DNA from: an uncultured Clostridia bacterium | Lineage (GTDB): Bacteria; Bacillota; Clostridia; TANB77; CAG-508 | NCBI GenBank assembly: GCA_963931085.1 | Contig: OZ006973.1 | Span: 1,414,009 to 1,478,008, forward strand | Reading direction: 5' to 3' | Length of the DNA stretch: 64,000 bases | Shown here: piece after piece, positions 1 through 9,895 of the stretch | How positions within the stretch are numbered: the first letter of the stretch is position 1 | Layout of the letters: each line of letters starts with the position of its first letter | The notes under the pieces: generated by a model | Told to the model about the DNA's origin: nothing | The model's database searches: none | What the model saw: only the letters and a program-made list of their open reading frames with translations | Made by a program: the position numbers and the translations under genes

Positions 1-181
1 TCTCCAGTGATATCCATAAAATCTTGCAATACATTTAAATTATTTATTTTTTTAGAAATATTAGTATATGTATTTAATTTATTTTTTATATCAATATTAT
101 AAAAAATTAATATTGCAACTATTGCTACTAGTATCACTATAGGTACTAAAACCAAAACAATTCACCTCTTTACAAAGTATT

Positions 182-3100
182 TTAATATTTATTTCTCATT
201 TGATTTAATGTATTATTCATTTCGTCAGAAAAATTACTTCTAGTATAGTCAGGTCCAGTTTTTATATAAGTTTGCTTACTTAATAAAGGATACACCATAT
301 TACCTAAAATTTTCAAGCTATTCATGAAATTTTTTGAATATCCACTTATACTTACATTACAATTTACTAAAGTCTCTAAATACTTAGAATAAGTTGAATC
401 TTCAAATGGAAGTGTACAAGCCTTTATTTTATCTTTATTAAATAATTCTGTCATATATGACATACTAGGATCATTATAGAAAGACATTCCTCCTATAATA
501 GTCTTAGATGTAAGTCCTCTAACTTTAATTTCTTTATTAACAACTACTCTTAATTTTTCTTGGTCTAATATTCCATTTGTTTTAAGTTCTCTTAAAAATG
601 CTGTTAATGGTTGTATTGTTAGTATATCCATTGACTGTACTAAATATATCTCTTGAGCATTTGCAAAATATCCAAGTGGTGTATCAAAATCGCAGTCAAT
701 TAATACTAGTGAATATGTTCTTGCAAGTGTTGTTAAAATTGCTTCTGCACTTGAAAAATCTTTTTCTTCATTTGGTACTGCAGTATAAACATCTAAATTT
801 CTATCAACTTTTATTCCTTCTGCAACACCATTTTCCAATTTATCAATAGCATCATAAGATATTTGTCTTAAATTTTCATCATTATTTGTATAAATATAAT
901 ATGCATTTCTATTTTTAGTCATATCTAATATTGCTGTTTTTACACCTATTGATGAGAATAAACTTGCTAAATTGTTAACTATAAAAGATGTACCATTTTT
1001 ACTAGTTCCAATAAATGCTGCAATTTTCTTATCCCTTGTTAATACACTTTCAAGAGTTCCTGTTGAAAATACTCTCTTTTCTTCAAGTTTTCTAATTCCT
1101 TCTTTTCTTTCAAAATCATTATTTCTATATGAAGTTGCTGTAGATATAGTAGAAGAATTAAGTTCTTCACTTAAATTATTTTCAAATCCTGGCAATGTAT
1201 TAGTTTCTTGAGCTCTAGCCTCACTTGCTTCATATGATTGAGAGTTATTAAAATTATTATTACTATTATTACTATTATTATTAATATTACTACTACTTAA
1301 TACTGAGTCTTCTTTAATTTCAGTACTTTGATTATCTCTATTAAACTCTTCATCAAAGCCTGGAAGAGTTACATTTTCTCTTTTTACTGGTTCAACATTA
1401 TTCTCATTTTCTTCATCTTGAGTTATGTATGATTCTAAATCAAATCCCGGTAAAGTAACATCTTCATCAGTATCATTTTGTGAATTTTGAATATTAGATT
1501 CAGAAACACTTTCTATATTATTTTTGGTAGAAACATTTACAACATTTTCATTATTAGCATTATTTTGATTTGGTACAACAGTATTTGTATTTATATTATT
1601 ATCTACATTTACATCTGCCTTTTGATCTGCACTAGAATTAAAATTCATAAAATCTTCATCTAGTGTAGAGCCATTAGTAGCTTTTGGTAATTCTATATTC
1701 TCAAATTCTTCGTCTTCAAACCCTGGTAATGTTGTAGTAGATTCATCATTATTATTAGTAGTATTTTCTTGTTTTACAAAATTATTTGCATTATCTTGTA
1801 CTTCTTCAGGTTTTTGAGTTATTTTTCCTTCTGGTTTTTCAAAAGTATCAAAAGAACTAAAATCTTCTGTTATGTTTTCATTTTCAAATCCTGGTAGCAC
1901 AACTGTTTCTTCTGCTTTTGGGGCCTCTACCTCTAAGTCTTCAAATCCTGGTAAAGTAGGTACTACAGGATTTTCAAGTTGTTTACTTTCTTTCTCAGGT
2001 TCTTCCTCTGGTAAAGGATTTTTTCTAGGTCTTCCTCTCTTTCCTTTTGGTTTTGGATTAGGATCAACAGGATATTTTCTAGGTCTTCCTCTACCTTTCT
2101 TAACAGGCTCTTCTTGCAAAGTTTCTTCTTTTACCTCTTCAGTACTTGCCTTTGGTTGTTCTTGAACAGGTTGTATTTGCTTCATAGGTTGCACATTTGG
2201 TACGTTCTGCACAGCTTTTGTTTCTTCTTTTGGCATTACTGCAAACATGCTACCTTGATTATTTGCTATAGGAGCATTATTTAGCTCTGGTCTATTTATT
2301 GCTTCAGCTTGTTTTACTTCTTCTTTTACAGGTTCTTTAGGAAGTTCTAAATCCTCAAATCCTGGTAATGTAACACTCTCTTCTTCTTTTTCTTGTTGTT
2401 TAACTTCTTGAACTTGGTTTACTTGCCCAATAGATTGATTATTAGTAATATTTTGAGCTGGTCTTTGAGATTGTTCTTGTGTAGTTTGTATTTGTGACTG
2501 ATTTTGTTCGATTTGTTGTCTTTGTACATTTTCGCTTTGAGTTTGTATATTTTGTACATTTTGAACTGGAGCATTTTGCTCTTTCATTTGTTGTTGCTGA
2601 ATATTTTGAGTTTGATTTATACTTTCCGGTCTAATTGTTCTTGCAGATTCTATATTCATTTCGTCATCTGATAAAACTCTTCTTGCATTTTTTGTATTAA
2701 TAGCATTAGGAATTAAGACCTCACCTTGAATGTTAGGTCTATTCATTTTTTTATCTAATAAATCAATTCCAATTGGTTGTTGCTGTTTTCTTTGGTTATT
2801 AGTTTCTGCATTAGGAATATAAGATTCTTTTCTCTGTTCTTTTTCAGCTTTTTCTTGCTCTTTTTTCTTTTGTTCGTATTGTTCTTTTATTCTCTCTTCA
2901 TATTCTTCTTTTTCTTTTAATTTTTGTTCTTGTAATCTCTCTTTTTCTTTCTGCTCTCTTATTTTATCCCTGTCACTTGCATAAGTTACAAGTTCTTGAT
3001 ATTTTGGGCATTCTGCTTCTAATACTGCTTTTACGTTTATTGGTAAATATCTGATAATTATTTTAAGCTGTTCATCTGTATATTGTGAAGCTATATTATT

Positions 3101-3667
3101 AAAACTATCAGTATATCTTTCTTCATTTTTACCTAATTTTTTATAATAACTTACTATGTTTTGAACTTCCTCTTCACTAACATCTTCTAAACTAGATTTG
3201 CTGTCTCCTGCATTTTCTAATTTATAATATTGCATAGCTTCTTCTTTTGTACGAGGAACATTTATTAATTTACATACATTATCAATTCTTCTGTCAGAAC
3301 CAATTAAAGCATCATATATACCAATATTATATAACTTATGTATCATTGAACTAGATTTAGTTCTTCTATCTGTACAAATTAATATAATTGGAATTTTGGC
3401 ATCTGCAAAATCATTTATTTCTTCTGAAATTGCTTCTAATCTTTCATATATAAATTTATCTATTGCATCATAATTATTATTAGCAAAAGGCTCTAAATCT
3501 TCACTAACAACAATTCTATCATAAATCCTATCTCTTTGAATCTCTTTAATTATTGCATTAAAGTAAAATACATTTTTAAAAGTTATAGTGTCATTATAGT
3601 TTTTATGATAACTTTTAACTATTGCATCAGAAACATTCTCATTACTTACTGCAAATAAAATTCTCAT
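182..3667 (-). CDS. Large multidomain protein. N-terminal CheY/receiver-like domain (CpaE/TadZ-type). Long acidic disordered region with seven T(L/V)LPGFE(D/N) repeats and two AT-hook-like GRGRPRK / KRGRPRK motifs. C-terminal MinD/ParA-like (CpaE-type) ATPase domain with a degenerate P-loop.
   Basis: 1161-aa ORF. N-terminus MRILFAVSNEN...ILICTDRR resembles a receiver domain. C-terminus KIAAFIGTSKNGTSFIVNNLA...VLIDCDFD fits a ParA/MinD fold with a deviant Walker A. The middle is low-complexity and E/K/N/Q-rich with LPGFED repeats. RGRPRK appears twice, translated from about 2040..2100. Confidence 0.6.
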   Translation of the reverse strand: MRILFAVSNENVSDAIVKSYHKNYNDTITFKNVFYFNAIIKEIQRDRIYDRIVVSEDLEPFANNNYDAIDKFIYERLEAISEEINDFADAKIPIILICTDRRTKSSSMIHKLYNIGIYDALIGSDRRIDNVCKLINVPRTKEEAMQYYKLENAGDSKSSLEDVSEEEVQNIVSYYKKLGKNEERYTDSFNNIASQYTDEQLKIIIRYLPINVKAVLEAECPKYQELVTYASDRDKIREQKEKERLQEQKLKEKEEYEERIKEQYEQKKKEQEKAEKEQRKESYIPNAETNNQRKQQQPIGIDLLDKKMNRPNIQGEVLIPNAINTKNARRVLSDDEMNIESARTIRPESINQTQNIQQQQMKEQNAPVQNVQNIQTQSENVQRQQIEQNQSQIQTTQEQSQRPAQNITNNQSIGQVNQVQEVKQQEKEEESVTLPGFEDLELPKEPVKEEVKQAEAINRPELNNAPIANNQGSMFAVMPKEETKAVQNVPNVQPMKQIQPVQEQPKASTEEVKEETLQEEPVKKGRGRPRKYPVDPNPKPKGKRGRPRKNPLPEEEPEKESKQLENPVVPTLPGFEDLEVEAPKAEETVVLPGFENENITEDFSSFDTFEKPEGKITQKPEEVQDNANNFVKQENTTNNNDESTTTLPGFEDEEFENIELPKATNGSTLDEDFMNFNSSADQKADVNVDNNINTNTVVPNQNNANNENVVNVSTKNNIESVSESNIQNSQNDTDEDVTLPGFDLESYITQDEENENNVEPVKRENVTLPGFDEEFNRDNQSTEIKEDSVLSSSNINNNSNNSNNNFNNSQSYEASEARAQETNTLPGFENNLSEELNSSTISTATSYRNNDFERKEGIRKLEEKRVFSTGTLESVLTRDKKIAAFIGTSKNGTSFIVNNLASLFSSIGVKTAILDMTKNRNAYYIYTNNDENLRQISYDAIDKLENGVAEGIKVDRNLDVYTAVPNEEKDFSSAEAILTTLARTYSLVLIDCDFDTPLGYFANAQEIYLVQSMDILTIQPLTAFLRELKTNGILDQEKLRVVVNKEIKVRGLTSKTIIGGMSFYNDPSMSYMTELFNKDKIKACTLPFEDSTYSKYLETLVNCNVSISGYSKNFMNSLKILGNMVYPLLSKQTYIKTGPDYTRSNFSDEMNNTLNQMRNKY

Positions 3668-3694
3668 TTGTTAAAACCTCCAAACGTAATTGTT

Positions 3695-4159
3695 TTATAA
3701 CACCCATCCTCTAGTTACTACTGCGAATACTAAAGGTAGTACTTGGCATATTACTAAAGCTGTAACAAAAGCAATTACTAAATTAAAACCTCTATCTCTA
3801 ACATCTAATTTTCTTATACCAATAACATATTGATATATTGCACCTACTGCGATACCTACAAAGCAGAATGGAATACTATAAATTCTAAGAGTATCTAAAA
3901 TAAGTGCTACTACACCATATACATCTGAACCATATTTTTCTGAATATTGTTCAAATTTTGATTTAAACTCTTCTTTCATTTGTGCAAATTTTGTAGCATT
4001 CTCTGTTTCTAAAACATTTTTTTCTGTAGCTATTTGTGTAGAATTATTATTTTCTTGTCCAGCATTATTTGCAGGAACATTTGATGTTGCATATATTGGC
4101 ATCGCTATTAACATTATTAACATAAATATTACTACAGAATAATATAAGAATTTTTTCAT
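3695..4159 (-). CDS. Hypothetical membrane protein (N-terminal signal/TM segment, C-terminal TM segments)
   Basis: 154-aa ORF with a hydrophobic N-terminus and two C-terminal hydrophobic helices. No recognisable family. Confidence 0.45.
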   Translation of the reverse strand: MKKFLYYSVVIFMLIMLIAMPIYATSNVPANNAGQENNNSTQIATEKNVLETENATKFAQMKEEFKSKFEQYSEKYGSDVYGVVALILDTLRIYSIPFCFVGIAVGAIYQYVIGIRKLDVRDRGFNLVIAFVTALVICQVLPLVFAVVTRGWVL

Positions 4160-4357
4160 CTATGTATCCCCCATTTTTTTGATTTTCGCCTAATTTTATA
4201 CATATATAATCATACAATAATTTAGAAAAAATAGCAATAAAATAACAATAAAAAATGTTACAATTACTCATTATTTTTAATAAAATAATTTAAATTTCAT
4301 AAAAAAATTAGTAAATATTAGTGGCATTTAGTAATTTACTAGATGCCACTAATGTTT

Positions 4358-5626
4358 TTATAATCTTTCATATAAATATTTCATCCATTTAAAAGTTGCA
4401 TTTGCCCAGTTTTTGTCACTTGCATATCTAGTATTTACTCCTTTTAAATTTGGTCCATTATAGTATTTTCCTGTCGCAGTTTCTCCATCATATATCTTAG
4501 TACCTTTTTCGTTCAAATAATGTTTTACTAAAACTCTTGCGACTAAATCTATACCTTCTGAATATGTCTCAAAATCAAATGCACCACCATATGGATTACT
4601 ATCATAAGCACCATATCCAAATAAATTTTTCTTGTCTTGTGCTATTTTAGATGTTCCCCATCCTCCTTCATGTATCGCCATTGCAGCCAAATAAATACCA
4701 TTTATATTATATTGTTTTTCAGCATAATAGAAATATTCTGCATTATCTTCTATTACATGTTTTTTATCATCCTTATTTCCTGATAAGACTTTTTTAAATT
4801 GCTCTAATGTAAATCCACTTGGCTTATTTAAATCCATATCAATATCTAAGGAAGCCAGTAGTTCTTCTTTAGAATATTCTACTCCGTCTTTAAAATCTCC
4901 TACAGCATTAGGATTTTTAGCAGTAAAACAATTTGCTTGGGCATATCCTAAAAAGCTATCAAATTTAACTTTATACCATTCTCCTGTAACTTCTACTAAT
5001 CTTACTTCATCATTTTGTTTTAATACACATACTTTATCAGATTTATTATTTGCAGCTTTTCTTAAAGTAAGTGATGAAGGTGTAACATATAACTTATCTC
5101 CAACTTCTGGAGTATATGTATATGTACCAGAACCTGTTCCAATTTCAACTATTTTATCTATAGTTCCTTTTATCACTCTACTTGTAACCCTTTCTTCTCC
5201 TATGTATTCATTACCTAAGTATGATTTTACTACGATAACTTGTTGAGCTCCATCTACACCTTCTTGAATTGTCTTTAATTGTCCTTGTGGAAGTTCAGGA
5301 TTTTCTCTATAAACAGTTGTATAATCTAAATCCATTTCATCTACTACTAAAGTCTTTGTTTCTACATCTTTAGTGTTTTCATTTAATATGTTTTTTATAT
5401 CTAATACATCCATATTCTTTTCTATAGTAATTTCTTTCTTTGCTTCTCCTTCTTCTTTTGCTTCTGCTATTTCCTGATTTAAAGTTTCTGCTGCATTAGA
5501 CTTTTTTACTAAAAATCTTGTAAGTAATAAAGCACATACTAAAATAACTATAAGTAGTAAAACGATAATTATATTTCTTTTTTTCTTGTTTTTAGTTGGT
5601 TCAATTACATATTCTACTCTTTTCAT
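4358..5626 (-). CDS. Cell-wall hydrolase: TM anchor, G5 domain, SH3b domain and a C-terminal GH73 N-acetylglucosaminidase (mannosyl-glycoprotein endo-beta-N-acetylglucosaminidase) domain
   Basis: G5-like YTTVYRENPELPQGQLKTIQEGVDG. SH3b-like VLKQNDEVRLVEVTGEWYKVKF. C-terminus YLAAMAIHEGGWGTSKIA...YYNGPNLKGVNTRYASDKNWA is typical of GH73. Confidence 0.7.
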   Translation of the reverse strand: MKRVEYVIEPTKNKKKRNIIIVLLLIVILVCALLLTRFLVKKSNAAETLNQEIAEAKEEGEAKKEITIEKNMDVLDIKNILNENTKDVETKTLVVDEMDLDYTTVYRENPELPQGQLKTIQEGVDGAQQVIVVKSYLGNEYIGEERVTSRVIKGTIDKIVEIGTGSGTYTYTPEVGDKLYVTPSSLTLRKAANNKSDKVCVLKQNDEVRLVEVTGEWYKVKFDSFLGYAQANCFTAKNPNAVGDFKDGVEYSKEELLASLDIDMDLNKPSGFTLEQFKKVLSGNKDDKKHVIEDNAEYFYYAEKQYNINGIYLAAMAIHEGGWGTSKIAQDKKNLFGYGAYDSNPYGGAFDFETYSEGIDLVARVLVKHYLNEKGTKIYDGETATGKYYNGPNLKGVNTRYASDKNWANATFKWMKYLYERL

Positions 5627-5764
5627 ACATTTTCTCCTATAAATATTTTAATATCTACATATCTTTTTGTCAATTAAATAAAATAGGATTTAATTCCTTT
5701 AATTTCCTTGAAAAAAAGGTTAAACTGGTATATATTATTAGTATAAAATTTTACGGAGGATAAG

Positions 5765-6619
5765 ATGATTTTAGAAAACAATAGAAAAAAAGTAATAATA
5801 TTTAGAATTATTCTTGGCATTATAGTTTTTGCAATACTTATTAGTGCTTTTGTTTATTTTAAAATTACAAACAAGAAAAATGATTCTTCTTCAAATAATA
5901 ATCAATTATCTGTTGAAGAAGGAAATAAAACTAATGAAAATGAAGAAACAATTTTTAAAATAGATAATATCTTATTATATAGTTCAGCAAATGCTCTTAA
6001 TAATTCTGAAACGCAAAAAGATTACTGGAATTTAAATATATATCAATATACTGATATGTCAATTACTATTAATAATCACGTATATTCAGATAAATTAACT
6101 TCAAAAAATTTAGTAAGTAAAATGTATATTGATAATGTTAATTTTTCTGTAAAACCTACTTTAGGCACTCCTGGACTTTTCTATAAAAATCCTAATTCTA
6201 TTGGAATGCCAATCGTAGATGATTTAGACAATCAAATTACAGATAGACTAGATTTTACTGTAGATTCTATAAACAGTACTGTAGATTATTCTAAGCCATC
6301 ATTTTATGCAGATTGTTCTAATCCTCTTACACTTTCATATGTAAACTCAAATGTTTACTCTAGCTTAATTATTAAAAATAATGCATCTTCTGTAACTTTT
6401 GATGGTTCACTTCTTCAAAAGTCTGGCACTAAGCTTTCTAATATACAAGCAACTGTAAATTTTACAATTCATATTGAAAATGCTATTGCAGAAGAATATG
6501 TTTGTGATGTTGAAATTCCTATTCCATTAGAAGATGAATCTCAATCAATTCTTGATGGTCATTATGTTACAGAACTTACAAATTTGGAAGAATATAAATT
6601 TACTAAAGTAATAAAATAG
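5765..6619 (+). CDS. Hypothetical membrane-anchored protein
   Basis: 284-aa ORF with an N-terminal TM helix, preceded by GGAGGA. No family recognised. Confidence 0.45.
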   Translation: MILENNRKKVIIFRIILGIIVFAILISAFVYFKITNKKNDSSSNNNQLSVEEGNKTNENEETIFKIDNILLYSSANALNNSETQKDYWNLNIYQYTDMSITINNHVYSDKLTSKNLVSKMYIDNVNFSVKPTLGTPGLFYKNPNSIGMPIVDDLDNQITDRLDFTVDSINSTVDYSKPSFYADCSNPLTLSYVNSNVYSSLIIKNNASSVTFDGSLLQKSGTKLSNIQATVNFTIHIENAIAEEYVCDVEIPIPLEDESQSILDGHYVTELTNLEEYKFTKVIK

Positions 6620-6634
6620 AAAGGACTTTATTTT

Positions 6635-8425
6635 ATGAATAAGAGTAATCCAAAATCAAAAATTAATTATATGGAAAAACATTATTTTAAAAGAGATGAT
6701 TTTTCAGATTTAAAAGAAATGATATATACTGTTGGAAAAAAATATGCTGGAAAAACTGCATTTAAATTAAAAGATAATGCAGGTCAGATTTATAATGTTT
6801 CATATTTTGAATTTTTAAAAGATGTTGAATCTTTAGGAACTGCTTTAATAAGTTATGGTTTAAAAGATAAATTTATAGCTGTTGTAGGAAAAAACAGTTA
6901 CAAATGGGCTGTATCTTATCTTGCAGCATGTATAGTAGGAGTCGTAGTTCCAATCGATAAAGAACTTAAAGTAAATGATATGATTACTTTTTTAAATGAC
7001 TCAAACTCTTCAGTTATTCTTGGTGATTCAAGATATCTAGAAGAAATTAAAGCAAATGACAATTTATTAAATAATCAAAACTTAATTTACATTGATTTTA
7101 ATAAAGAATCTTCTAATACAGATAATGTACTATCTTTTAACCATTTTAAAACAACTGGTCAATATAATAAAGAAACATCTTATGATACTTCTTTTGAAAA
7201 TATAAAAATAAATCCTGATGAAATGCATTTTTTACTATTTACATCTGGAACAACAGGAAATTCTAAAGGCGTATGTTTATCTCATAGAAATATTTGTTCA
7301 AACATTTTTTCAATAGGTAGTATTGTAAAGGTTGACACACATACTGAAATAATGTCAATTTTACCAATACATCATACATATGAATGCACTTTAGGTTTCT
7401 TACTTGTAATATCTAGTGGTGGAACTATATCTTATCTTGAAAGTTATAAACATTTACCACAAAATTTAAATGAATATAAACCAAATATATTTTTAAGTGT
7501 TCCTCTAATATTAGATAAATTACATGCAAATATATTAAAATCATTAGAAAACTCTTTACCTAAAAAGTATTTCGAAAAGAATCCTGAAAAGCATATTATG
7601 GATAAATTACCATTTATATTAAAACCAATAGTAAAATCTAAAATAAAAAAAGCATTAGGAGGAAATATTCAAAAAATAATAGTTGGAGCTTCTCCTATTA
7701 GTCCTGAATTAATTGATTCTTTAAATAAATTTGGAATAACTGTATTAAATGGCTATGGACTTACTGAATGTTCTCCTTTAGTTGCAGGAAATAATGACTT
7801 TTTTGTAAATAAAGCTTCTGTTGGACTTCCTATTCCAAATGTAGAATATAAAATATCTAATCCTGACGAAAATGGCGTTGGTGAAATAGTCGTTAAAGGT
7901 CCAAATGTAATGCTCGGATATTATAAAAATGAAGAAGAAACTTCTAAAGTACTTAAAGATGGATGGTTTTATACTGGAGATCTTGGAAAAATAGATGATG
8001 AAGGTTGGCTTTATATTACCGGAAGATCTAAAAATGTTATTATCACTAAAAACGGTAAAAATGTATATCCAGAAGAAATTGAATTTTTACTAGATAATGA
8101 TGAATTTATATTAGAATCATTAGTAGTTGGAAGATTTAATAAAGAAAATAAAGAAACATATGTAAAAGCTAATATTATACCAAATATGGATAATATTAAA
8201 TCATCTTTAAATGTTGATGAAAATTCTAATGTAAGTGATAAAAAAATATTTGAAATTATAAGTGCTAGTGTTAAAAAAGTAAACAAACTTCTTCCACAGT
8301 TTAAGCATATTAAAGAATTTTCAATTAAGAATAACGAGTTTGAAAAAACGACAACTAATAAAATAAAAAGATTTGGTAAAAATTTAGAAGATGATGAAAA
8401 TGATAACTCTGAGAAAGCTGAATAA
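6635..8425 (+). CDS. AMP-dependent acyl-CoA synthetase (long-chain fatty acid--CoA ligase-like)
   Basis: AMP-binding signature LLFTSGTTGNSKGV, plus GYGLTECS, YTGDLG and WLYITGRSKN motifs. Confidence 0.85.
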   Translation: MNKSNPKSKINYMEKHYFKRDDFSDLKEMIYTVGKKYAGKTAFKLKDNAGQIYNVSYFEFLKDVESLGTALISYGLKDKFIAVVGKNSYKWAVSYLAACIVGVVVPIDKELKVNDMITFLNDSNSSVILGDSRYLEEIKANDNLLNNQNLIYIDFNKESSNTDNVLSFNHFKTTGQYNKETSYDTSFENIKINPDEMHFLLFTSGTTGNSKGVCLSHRNICSNIFSIGSIVKVDTHTEIMSILPIHHTYECTLGFLLVISSGGTISYLESYKHLPQNLNEYKPNIFLSVPLILDKLHANILKSLENSLPKKYFEKNPEKHIMDKLPFILKPIVKSKIKKALGGNIQKIIVGASPISPELIDSLNKFGITVLNGYGLTECSPLVAGNNDFFVNKASVGLPIPNVEYKISNPDENGVGEIVVKGPNVMLGYYKNEEETSKVLKDGWFYTGDLGKIDDEGWLYITGRSKNVIITKNGKNVYPEEIEFLLDNDEFILESLVVGRFNKENKETYVKANIIPNMDNIKSSLNVDENSNVSDKKIFEIISASVKKVNKLLPQFKHIKEFSIKNNEFEKTTTNKIKRFGKNLEDDENDNSEKAE

Positions 8426-8433
8426 TAAATATA

Positions 8434-8466
8434 AAAATCCTTAATAACTTAAATATTAAGGATTTT
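8434..8466. terminator. Bidirectional rho-independent terminator between convergent genes
   Basis: Perfect 13-bp inverted repeat AAAATCCTTAATA-N7-TATTAAGGATTTT flanked by A and T runs. Confidence 0.6.
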
Positions 8467-8559
8467 TAATTTTTATTTTATTTTATCTAATTTTATTTTT
8501 TCAATTTAATTTTTTAATTTTATTTAATATTTTCTTCTATATCATTCAATTTTAAAAAT

Positions 8560-8787
8560 TTAATCTTCATAATTATTTAATAACTCTTTTAATTTCTCCA
8601 TTTCATCTTTAGAAAAAGTTACACCTTTACCCATTTTAGAATGATCTTCGTTCCAATCTCTTAAATCAAACTTTGGATCTCTTCCATTCCAGCTAACTAA
8701 ATTTAATTCTTTGCTCCAACCTTTTTCAGTAGTAGATAATACTCCTATTTTTTTAATTACTTCATATGTTATTTCTGCCATTTCCAT
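8560..8787 (-). CDS. YdbC-like / PC4-like ssDNA-binding protein
   Basis: 75 aa. KGWSKELNLVSWNGRDPKFDLRDW...GKGVTFS matches the YdbC family pattern. Confidence 0.65.
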   Translation of the reverse strand: MEMAEITYEVIKKIGVLSTTEKGWSKELNLVSWNGRDPKFDLRDWNEDHSKMGKGVTFSKDEMEKLKELLNNYED

Positions 8788-8869
8788 CTCTCCTTTATAC
8801 TTTTCTCTCTTTTCTATTTATCTTTCTTTTATTTATCTTTTTTATTCTTTTTTCTTTTCTTCTTCTTCT

Positions 8870-9790
8870 CTACTCTTCTTCTAAAGTTACTGTTGCACCA
8901 ATAATTCCAGCGTCATTTTTAAATTTAGCTACCTTTATTTCTGGTGAAGATTCCTGATTATACGTACTATTAGGCTCTTTTAATTTATCTAATAACTTTT
9001 TGAAAATTGGATTATCCTCATAATATGCAAAACTTCCGCCAAGTGAAATTACTTCAGGTTCAAATATATCTATTATATTGCATAATCCTACTTTTAGATA
9101 ATCTAAATATTCATCTATAACCTTTTCTATTTTTTCATTATTAAAATCTAGTAATTTTTCATTTAAATATCTTCCTGTAAAATCATTATCAATTTCTAAA
9201 ACTTCTGCTATATTTCTTTTTAAAGCTCTCATTGAAGCATAAGTTTCAAAACATCCTCTTTTACCACAATTACATTGAAGACCATCTTTGACTATGACCA
9301 TATGTCCTATTTCAAAACCAGCATATCTTTTAGGCTCTAATAGTTTGCCTCCCATAAACACTGCTGCACCAATTCCTGTACCCATGCACAAAAACACACA
9401 ATCATCTGCATCTTTTAAAGATCCATAATATTTTTCAGCTATTGCTGCACATTTTGAATCATTTCTAATTTGCATTGGTAAATTTATTGTTTTTTGAAGT
9501 TCAGAAATTATATCAAATTTGAAAAGACCTAAATTAGGTGACTTCACAATTATATTATCTTTTATAGTTCCTGGTGCCGCAATTCCAATCATATCTATTT
9601 CTGAAATACTTAATTGAGTATCATCTAAAACTTCATTGATTAATTCTAAAATATGATTTACTAATGCTTCTTTAATATTCTGTTTGTCTTGCTTGCTTAA
9701 ATCTATTCCTGACATATCTATTAAGTTACCATTTTTGATAACTCCAACGCCGACATGGCTTCCACCTATATCAACACCTATTCTTATCAT
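8870..9790 (-). CDS. glcK: ROK family glucokinase
   Basis: N-terminal IGVDIGGSHVGVGV and the ROK Zn motif CNCGKRGCFETYAS. Confidence 0.8.
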   Translation of the reverse strand: MIRIGVDIGGSHVGVGVIKNGNLIDMSGIDLSKQDKQNIKEALVNHILELINEVLDDTQLSISEIDMIGIAAPGTIKDNIIVKSPNLGLFKFDIISELQKTINLPMQIRNDSKCAAIAEKYYGSLKDADDCVFLCMGTGIGAAVFMGGKLLEPKRYAGFEIGHMVIVKDGLQCNCGKRGCFETYASMRALKRNIAEVLEIDNDFTGRYLNEKLLDFNNEKIEKVIDEYLDYLKVGLCNIIDIFEPEVISLGGSFAYYEDNPIFKKLLDKLKEPNSTYNQESSPEIKVAKFKNDAGIIGATVTLEEE

Positions 9791-9868
9791 AATAAACTCC
9801 TTTTTTATTTATTATATTACACTATTTATCTAAAAATCGCAAATATTATTTTTATTATAAAATAAAAT

Positions 9869-9890
9869 AAGGAACGTAAATACGCTCCTT
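9869..9890 (-). terminator. Terminator downstream of the pil operon
   Basis: AAGGAACG-N6-CGCTCCTT hairpin with one mismatch, followed by a T-rich tract on the minus strand. Confidence 0.4.
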
Positions 9891-9895
9891 TATTT

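Noticed and set aside
598-849. + strand ORFs overlapping minus-strand genes (598..849, 972..1211, 1872..2165, 13765..13992, 16730..16984, 19015..19221, 23166..23435, 26104..26349, 27497..27727, 36865..37065, 39358..39612, 39776..40240, 46334..46558, 55563..55866, 58177..58721, 61237..61493 and similar)
   Set aside because: They lie antisense to well-supported genes or in AT-rich spacers. Their translations are low-complexity (Leu/Phe/Ile-rich), they have no RBS and they show no family resemblance. They are frame artefacts of AT-rich DNA.
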